DNA of 64,000 nucleotides from the NCBI GenBank assembly GCA_964016885.1, contig OZ024753.1, forward strand, positions 20,026,001-20,090,000. The letters run 5' to 3'. Both the position numbers and the translations under genes were made by a program. Positions 54,053-64,000 of the stretch are shown piece by piece (position 1 is the first letter of the stretch; the number at the start of each line of letters is the position of its first letter). This DNA is from Eledone cirrhosa (Eukaryota). The notes beneath the pieces were generated by a model. That model searched no databases. It saw nothing but the letters and a program-made list of their open reading frames with translations, and was not told the origin of the DNA.

Positions 54053-57000
54053 ATATTACGTGTTATTGACGAAATCGGGATGAATATTTACGACGGATAA
54101 AAACCCCAACATTTTAGCAAATCAACGCCTGTTTATATGCCCTAGCAACGACAGTGAAGCATTATCTCGGTGATAGCAGAGATATTAACAAGAACAAAAC
54201 ACCACCAAAAATACCATCATATATAACTAACATAGAAAAAAAGAGTGCTGACATACGAAAAAACATAGGACATGTGATAATGCTCTTTACATGAAAACAA
54301 ACACAAAAAAACCTCACTCCTCACCAACAAGAGTGAAAAATAAAATAGAGACGATGTTTGGTAACAGTAGAACCAGAACTCTCCAATATAAGGTGATCAC
54401 CCTCAAACAAGAATTGAGAGCTGTTAGCGAAAAACGCGGATACCTCAAGAAGGTAGATGAGAGAAAAGTGATTAATAAAATATTCAGACGACAGTCTTTA
54501 GAGATATGAAGAACAACATAAGTGTCACTGAGGCCCCATCCCAGAAAGACATAGATTCCTTTTGGAGAAAAATATGGGGTGAAAAGAAGAATTTCAACCA
54601 AGATGCAGTGTGGCTAAGGGAAATCCGAAAGAACTATTGCTCCTACACTACAACAAAAACATACGAAATAAGAGAGGGTACCCTTGAGACTGTGATAGGA
54701 AAACTCCAAGATAAGAAAACACCAGGAAGAGAAATGATTGTCGGCTACTGGTACAAAAAACTGATATTCTATCGGAGGTATCTTACTGACCTCTACCAAC
54801 AAGTTCTTAAGGGAGATACACTTATACCAGGTTGGTGGACATTAGCACAAACATTACTGGTCCCCAAGAACAAAGACACCTACTTGGCAAAAAACTACCG
54901 ACCCATTGCATGCCAGAAACTGATGTATAAGATGTAAACAGCCTGCTTGAAACTATTCCTCCAAGATCACTGTGAAAATAATAACATCATCACAGATGAA
55001 CAAGCAGGTGGAGAGAAAGGGGTCTGTGATGTGCTGAACAACTCCTAATCAACAAAACTGCGATGTCGGAGGTGCGACAACTTAGGAGGAATATGACTAC
55101 AGTCTGGCTGGACTACAGGAAAGCTCTCGATTCTGTTCCCCACTCTTAGATGATAGAGGCCATCCAACTTGCTAAAGTCCCAGACATTATTGTCAGAGCC
55201 ATAGAGAGGCTGTCTTCTTCTTGAGCTACTATCCTAAGGTTAAAGACAGAGAGGGAGGACTCTATTTTCACAGATAAAATAAAATATTGTATGGGTATAT
55301 TTCAGGGGGACAGTCTCTCTGTGATATTGTTCATCTTGTCATTAAACCCCTTGTTCTTTCTGCTCAAGAAATGTGAGGGATACATCATTGGCTCACAGGA
55401 GGACAGAAACACGAACCTACCCCATAATTTCTTTGTGGACGATCTGAAACTCTATGCCAAGAACATGGATGGCATGTAGAAAAATATTGACCTGGTTACA
55501 ACGTTCTCAGAGGATATAGGAATGGAGTTTGGCCAAGATAAATACTCATAGAAGTTTGTAAAGCGGGGAAAAACAACAACCTGCTCTAGCAACATTGTCA
55601 TCAATGGCCTAACTGTTTCACCGATATCTGATGAGGACTGTTACAGATACCTGGTGATAGATGAGAACATATCCTATAATGGTATCTGTAATAAAGAACG
55701 CGTAGCCAGGGAATACTACACCCAATTAAGAAAGATCTGGTCATCGGAACTCTCTGCGCAAAACAAAACAGTGGCTCACAATGTGTTTCCTGTGCCTGTC
55801 CTAACACCAACATTTGCAATACTCAATTGGACGATAGACGAAATCCGAGCAGTTGATGTTGGAACTCGAAAAATACTAATCAACACCGGAAACTTCCACA
55901 TCAACAGTGACATAGACCGCATTTACTTGAAACGTAAGCAGGGAGGCAGAGGCCTAACATCAGTCCAGACAACATTTGAATGTCGCATCATATCTCTCTG
56001 ACATCTATGAACCTCGAAGCGTAGGAGCCCGTTTCTCGAGTAAGTCTATCTGCATGAAACAGAGAAGATCATGAGAGTTGGGAAGGAACACCTCGAGAGA
56101 TATTCCCTGTGTGATAATCAAAAACTCACACCCACGGAAGTCGCTCAGCGGAATCGCAGTGTATCCATGGATGAAAAACTGCATGCTTATCAGCAAAAAA
56201 TCATGCATGGATATGTTGCCAGGAAGCTCCAGAGTGAGAGTAATATAGATAAGGAAAATAGTCTCTTACTTGGATCAACAACCGCTATATTGGCTCCCAC
56301 TTTGAAGGATACGCTTTTGCAATCCAAGAACAGGAGATTAACACGAATTACCTGATTCACAAAAGAGATAGGGATTCAGGCAAAACACCTAGATGTGATA
56401 ACAAGTGCAGACTCTGCAGAACTACCATAGAGGATATCACCCATGTCATCAGCAGCTGTCCAAAGATGCCATCGCGGTACTATCTACCTATGACGCATGT
56501 TGTAGTGGCCAAAACACTCTACAATGCAGTTCGTAAAAATGATAGCCCCGATAATAAACACATTAAAAGCTATAGCAATGTGGAAGACATCCATGTACAT
56601 AATATGAAAGTGTACTGATGGAATGTTCCAGTAAAAACCCCAATAAAATGCAGGCATAACAGACCAGATATTATGCTATGGGACAGGGAGAAGAAAGCAT
56701 GCACAGTAGTAGAAGTTAGCTGCCCAGCAGATTCCAATATAATATCAAAGATTAATGAAAATGAGAATAGTTACGCAGAACTGCTGAGAAATTTGCAAAT
56801 ACTCCAGCCTGATTACACCTTCAGATTTATGCCTGTGATTATTGGGGCACCGGGATATGTTAGTAACTGCCTCAATACAAATCTTGAGAAGCTAGGCTTC
56901 ACAGGAACAGAAAGAACACAACTAGTTAGGAAATTACAAGTACAATCCATTAATGGAACAGTAAAAATATGTAAAACATTGCAGAAATTGTGCATCTAAT

Positions 57001-57237
57001 AACTGCATATACACATGTACAGATACAAGGCATATGCATGCACACATACAACTGCACACATACAACTAAATACATACACATTCACACATACCATAATATC
57101 TATATCTACACATGCATGCATGCATACATATCTACCTAGTTGATGTGTAAATTCCAATGAGAGAGTCTTGGGTCTATGTTAGAAACCGACTCTTCCTCTA
57201 TTGGTAAAACTTTGTGAAATTATAAAACCAGAAGAAC
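54053..57237 (+). mobile_element. R4/Dong copy, 5'-truncated
   Basis: RT, CCHC, RLE and end CCAGAAGAAC|ATACATAC. Confidence 0.93.
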
Positions 57238-57689
57238 ATACATACATAGCTACGTGTATTTTTGTTTTTGTTTGGAACCATAAAAACTTACACTACTTAA
57301 TATTACATGTAGAAGAAATACAATTGCTTTGATTTCCTGGCTGTGTCAGCAGTTATCTTACTTTAAACTTTACTGTCATTTATTTGTCATTCATTGAATG
57401 TCCATCAAATATGCATGTGAAATTACATATTCCGTGGAGAATTGAAATTGAGAGTGTAACATGAATTAAATAAGCCCGAGAGTGTTTGCAGGTTTTGCTG
57501 AAGTCTGCATTTCCTTTTGAGAATGTTCAGCATTCTAAAGTTCTCACAGAGTTGTCAATGTATTATTTTTTCTTTCTAAATAATTGATTGAACCTTGCGC
57601 AACCGAAGCAAATCATACAAAGATTTCGCCTGATAAACACAATATCTCATTGCACTGTCTACATAAATGCATGCAAGTACAAACACAAA

Positions 57690-57783
<94 letters not shown>

Positions 57784-57818
57784 AAAGAATAGAGGTGTAA
57801 CACACAAGTTATTATATA

Positions 57819-58247
<429 letters not shown>

Positions 58248-58302
58248 ATTATATATCAAGTAAGAATATTTTCGAAACAACGAGTAGGTTTGAAATTATT
58301 AA

Positions 58303-58519
58303 AAATGTAAGTTATCGCCGTATTTTGACTAAAAAAATTAAAAAAATTATTTAGCCTGATAGTGGGGTTGAGAACCCTCGGAGAAATGGAAAAAGATGAG
58401 TGTTGACGTACATGTACGTCAATACTCATCTTTTTCCATTTCTCCGAGGGTTCTTAACCCCACTATCAGGCTAAATAATTTCTTTAATTTTTTTAGTCAA
58501 AATAAGGCGATAACTTACA

Positions 58520-58522
<3 letters not shown>
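58303..58522. repeat. Zero-spacer palindrome with 110-bp arms
   Basis: Centre GACGTACA|TGTACGTC at 58412/58413. Confidence 0.92.
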
Positions 58523-58563
<41 letters not shown>

Positions 58564-58669
58564 TTATATATATATATATATATATTATACATATATATCT
58601 GTATACATATATATACATAAATATATGTATACAGATATATATATGTATACAAAAAATATATATTTATAT

Positions 58670-58857
58670 AACGAAGGAGATGTGGTAAGTACCCAGATGG
58701 ACCATAACGCACCAAAGTACTCAATACTTAGTGTAGTAGAGTGGGTAATAGGAACAAGTAGGACCCCGACGGCTGAGCTCAAGCCGTTTCGCGGCTAATT
58801 CTGGACTAAATGAAAATGTTTATCCTGGTAAATGAATAGCTGAACTTCTCAGGGGAT
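58670..58857 (-). mobile_element. Family P1 copy with a nearly complete, decayed hammerhead (58763-58857)
   Basis: ATCCC-CTGAGAA-..GCTATTC...GAATTAGC..-GAAA-CGGCT-tgagctc-AGCCG-TC-GGGGT. Confidence 0.65.
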
Positions 58858-59337
58858 AATTCCATATATGGTAAAAGTGATTGTCACAAGGATTGGTCAA
58901 AAGTTTGTTGTTAAGATACATGATTCTATCATGGCATTTTGTGGAAGGTAGGGGTAGCTGAACTTGCCAGTAGAAGAAAGAGGGAGAGGGAGTGGAAGAA
59001 ACGCAGTCAAGCGTTGAAAGTGAAAACTACAGCAGATTCTAAGGATAGTGTATAAGGATTGTTTATATATATATATATATATATATATGCATACACACAC
59101 ATATATATATACGGTGTAACTGATTATTGTTATAGGTAGTCCACTTAGGTGTAGTCCAGTTAGGGTACTCCGAGTAGTGGATGATATCAATGCTTTTCTA
59201 AGTTTGACTCAACAAGGCGTTTCCATAGTGATGCTGCGAGTACGCGGTGATTTCTATGTTGTTAACACTTGGAGTAATGATAAATCAGGAAAGAAGAGTG
59301 ACACGGTTTGCTATACAAAAAAGGTTTTTAATCTCAT

Positions 59338-59445
59338 TGCTGACAATTGTTTCTCTGAACTGGTAGGTCTAGAGATCGCTACCCGATTGTTTTCACGTCA
59401 TTCGATCACCAATACTTAGTTGTAACCAGTCAATTCATCAGAGCT
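59338..59445 (-). ncRNA. Type I hammerhead with extended stem II, family P2
   Basis: GCT-CTGATGA-(~80 nt, closed by TGACTGGT/ACCAGTTCA)-GAAA-CAATTG-TC-AGC. Confidence 0.75.
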
Positions 59446-59963
59446 TGTGAGAATAAAAGGATTATATAGGCTTCTATATATAGTAGTGGTATTCAATCTG
59501 AACAAAAATAACAATACTAACAATGCTAGCCATAAATTATTTGAAATAATCACAACATCAATCTAAGTAAGAAACATAGTATATCTACGACTTTAGCGTG
59601 TAGAACTAGCTGATATGAGGCAGATGTATGAAATTGACATGTAAAAGCTGTGATGGGGTGTATTATATATAGTGTAGAGATAAGCCAGTGGCTTTAAACA
59701 ATGTACCATTTTCTTTACTGTAGGTCTGGTGACCGTAAGAATTATTTATTATCTGACAGATTAAATATTTATCATTGTAGTGAGGATATTAATATTTGTG
59801 TTGTGAGGTGGGTTCAATATTTATGTGGTCTATATTAGATGAAGGGATTGTTAGTTCAATTCATGGGGTTGTTTAGCTTTCACATCATCAATAACATACA
59901 TGTATAAGAAAACATTAACAGAGTAGCAATATAATAGGTAAGTTAATACAGAGCTTAAGGAGG

Positions 59964-60027
<64 letters not shown>

Positions 60028-60327
60028 CTCCAAGAACATTTCAGAATACTACTACAGTAAAACATCACCTTCCTCCTGTTATAATTGTAGTCAGGATGTT
60101 TTCTCTTTATATATATATATATATGTTCATTTGTTGAGAGTCAAGGGTGAGGAAGTTGTGTTGACAGCAGCTAAAGTCGTAGATATACTATGTTTCTTAC
60201 TTAGATTGATGTTGTGATTATTTCAAATAATTTATTGCTACCATTGTTAGTATTGTTGCTATCATTCTGATTGAATGCAATTACTATATATAGAAGCCAT
60301 GCCTGTATAATCCTTTCATTCACACAA

Positions 60328-60433
60328 GCTCTGATGAATTGACTGGTTACAACTAAGTATTGGTGATCGAATGACGTGAAAACAAGCGGGTAATGATCCC
60401 TAGACCTACCAGATCAGAGAAACAATTGTCAGC
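60328..60433 (+). ncRNA. Type I hammerhead with extended stem II, family P2
   Basis: GCT-CTGATGA-(~80 nt)-GAAA-CAATTG-TC-AGC. Confidence 0.75.
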
Positions 60434-60483
60434 AAAGAGATTAAAAAAATTGTTTGTATAGCAAACCGTGTCACTCTTCTTTC

Positions 60484-61432
<949 letters not shown>

Positions 61433-61615
61433 TATATATATATATATATATATTGTTATACTTTGGGAGGGTCATGTTGCCAATAAGAAACACACGCACC
61501 AGTTGATTTCACTTCAATTTATTATAATAAATTTATAAATTTAGGAATTTATAAATTTCCGGTTGATTGGTTGGTTTGTTGGTTCGTTCCACAACCAGAT
61601 GATTGTTTATATATT

Positions 61616-61658
61616 GTCAAAGTTATTTCGCCACACATTATGTGACCTCTTCAGTGAC
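61616..61658 (-). ncRNA. Minimal hammerhead downstream of the GIY-YIG ORF
   Basis: GTCA-CTGAAGA-gGTCACAT-aat-GTGTGGC-GAAA-TAAC-TT-TGAC. Confidence 0.7.
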
Positions 61659-61857
61659 TGGGAATTCTTTTCTTTGTTTTTGTGCCTCTCCTTTCTTCTG
61701 TCCTATGCCATCTTCTTTGTGTGTGTGTTGTGTGCTTAGTTTGCGCATGTGTTACATCCGGGTGTCTGTGTGTGTTTATATTCGTTTATTTATTTGTTTA
61801 TTTACATGTTACTGGTTGGTTGTTTATTCTATGTGCGTGTGTGTTTTCATTTTGTCC

Positions 61858-62270
61858 TTAATTGTAAGTTGTGATGTTGCTGTTCCATTCATGTTTTCTA
61901 TTTAATTTTGGTTGGAGTTCATTTATGTTTATTGCCTCTGTGATTTGTCTAAACATTGCGTCTTTTCTGTGTGTAGATTCTATTTTTATTTCTATGTTCT
62001 CTAATTTACCCTTGTGTTCTATATTAGCATGTTGGTAGAGTACAGATGATTCTTTACTATCTTGAAGGTCTCGCCAGTGTTCATGTATCCGTTCCCCTAT
62101 ACTACGAGCTGTCTCACCTATGTACACTATATTTTTATCTCTACATTGTCCTTCAGTACATCTTATGTTATATACTACATTTCTAGTTTTACAGTTAATA
62201 TGGGGGCTTAATTTACAGATTATACATTTCTTATCTATACAGGGAGGTCTTTGGAAAGGGTATGTATTGC
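61858..62270 (-). pseudogene. Penelope-like element GIY-YIG endonuclease (5'-truncated insertion)
   Basis: CIICK..NCKTRNVVYNIRC..YIGETARSIGERIHEH..LYQHANIEH..RQITEAINI..PKLNRKHEW. Confidence 0.92.
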
Positions 62271-62304
62271 TAATATGCATATATATATACATATATATAT
62301 ATAG

Positions 62305-62556
62305 GAGAAAGTATGACCCTGACGGCAGAGCTCAAGCCGTTTTGACGTCTATTTCTGGACTAAAGTAAAAGTTTTTTCAGTCTGTAAAAAAAACAGACTA
62401 AAAAAACTCTTACTTTAGTCCAGAAATAGCCGTCGAAAAGGCTTGAGCTCTGCCGTCGGTGTCATACTTTCTCTTATTACCCACTCTACCACCCTAAGTA
62501 TTGAGTACTCTGGTGCGTTATGGTCCATCTGGTTCCTTACCACAACTCCTCTGTTA
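62305..62556. mobile_element. Family P1 element with fold-back 5' end (62305-62473)
   Basis: Centre agtctgt-aaaaaaa-acagact; the right arm continues as in 2095-2220. Confidence 0.85.
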
Positions 62557-62594
62557 TATATATATATGTATACACACATATATATATATATATT

Positions 62595-64000
62595 CTAAGG
62601 CGGGTAAAATTCCCGAGATCCATGGACGAGTTCTCTCCAGCGGTCTCTGTCCCTCATTATCGCTGCCATGTCCTGCGTCTCCAACAGACCAGTGTCTGTC
62701 CTTGGGGCATCAACATACGTTAACCTTGGTCTTCCTCTTCTAGTGTGTCCATGTAGGGGTTCCCAAAGGAGCACTGAGTACAATGTCAACTCTGGATGTC
62801 GTTGAGCATATCCAGCCAACCTCAGTCTCCTCTGTGTCACTTTTGAGCTGACTTTTGGGATGCTCCCATACAGCTCTGAGTTTTTCATCCTCAGTGTATA
62901 CTGATTAATGTTCAGATCTATCCTCAGCATTCTCGTGTAGCACCCATCCACCATCTGCGTGAGTTCCTTGGTCAGTGTCCAAGTCTCAGACCCATACAGC
63001 AGCACAGACTCCACTACAGCAATGAAGAGGCGGATTTTCAGGTCTTTACGAAGGTCCGACTTCCATACCTATCTCAAGCTGTGGCACGCCGCCCAGGCTT
63101 TGCTCTTCCTCTCAACCACATCATCTTCCGTATTCCCAATCTTTGCTCCCAAATACAGGAAGCTCTCAACCAATTCTAGCGGCTTCCCGCCTACATTAGT
63201 GATCCCCTCTGGCTTCTCAACATTCTCTACCAGATATTTTGTTTTAGTCTCATTCATTCTCAGCCCCACACTCATCGACACAGTCTCAACCTCCCGCATC
63301 AAATCCTCTGCCTCCATCACTGTATTTGTCACCAAAACCATGTCGTCGGCAAATTCAGCATCCGATACCTTTTTCGCCCTAACTCTCCTGCTCTGAGCCG
63401 GTGCTACAGTAAAGCCAGAGTTCTGGTGTTTCTCCAGTGCAAAGCGCATACAATAGTTCACTACGATGATAAAAAGGTAGGGAGCCAATGTATCTCCCTG
63501 GAGCACTCCAGCCAGCATCTCAAAGAACTCTCTCATCCCATCAGGTGTAATGACTTGGGCTTTGGTGTTGGTGTAGAGCAGTGATATCAGGTCCACTATC
63601 TTCTTGGAGATTCCATAAGCCTGTAAGATCTTCATCAGGCAGTAACGGTCCACAGAATCAAAGGCCTTCCTAAAGTAAATGAAAACCATGACCGCAGGAA
63701 GGCACTTTGCTCTAGCTCCCTCTAATATCCTCCTCAGCATCAGGATGTGACTGGTGGTTGATCTTCCCTCTCTGAAGCCGTTCTGGTTGTCCCTGAGCTT
63801 CTTCTCCATCTCAGGCTGGATCCTGTTAAGAATCATCCAGTTGAGGGTCTTTGCCACAAGTGACGTCAGTGAGATCCCCCTGTAGTTGTTGGTGTTAGAG
63901 AGATCTCCCTTCTTTGGCACTGGGAGGATGTTACTGATCCTCCACTGATTCGGGGCAACTCCTTTCTCCAGTGCCCGGTTACAGAACCCCAGGATGATAT
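62595..64000 (-). mobile_element. RTE-clade LINE (different family), RT to 3' end, running off the window's right edge
   Basis: PKKGDLS..NYRGISL, NQNGFREGRST, FRKAFDSV, GVLQGDTLAPYLF, FADD, VESVLLYGSETW; stop at ~63069. Confidence 0.93.

Overview
AT-rich eukaryotic intergenic or intronic DNA made almost entirely of transposons and microsatellites. The repeat mix suggests an octopus-like cephalopod, which is an inference. I can support no host protein-coding exon; nearly all long ORFs are (TA)n, (TACA)n or (GGT)n translation artefacts. The window holds six decayed copies of one R4/Dong-type (RT + restriction-like endonuclease) non-LTR retrotransposon, all with 3' ends on + and ending in (CATA)n. 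It also holds three RTE LINE remnants, two of them with tandem C-terminal C2H2 fingers, and two non-autonomous bipartite RTE-derived families. Other mobile elements are two Penelope GIY-YIG remnants, two convergent non-autonomous Helitrons, mariner-like MITEs, a CRE-clade fragment and many tRNA-derived SINEs. The most notable signals are three. (1) Several families of short non-coding elements carry hammerhead-ribozyme cores and sit in (TA)n as fold-back palindromes, densest at 36.8-38.5 kb and 57.8-62.6 kb. (2) There is a strand-polarised nesting pattern in which RTE-type (TATG)n tails appear to serve as landing sites for the (CATA)n-targeting Dong element. (3) There is a CRE-Dong chimeric junction. 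All coordinates were read by eye and may be off by a few bases. Family labels A, B and P1-P5 are my own.
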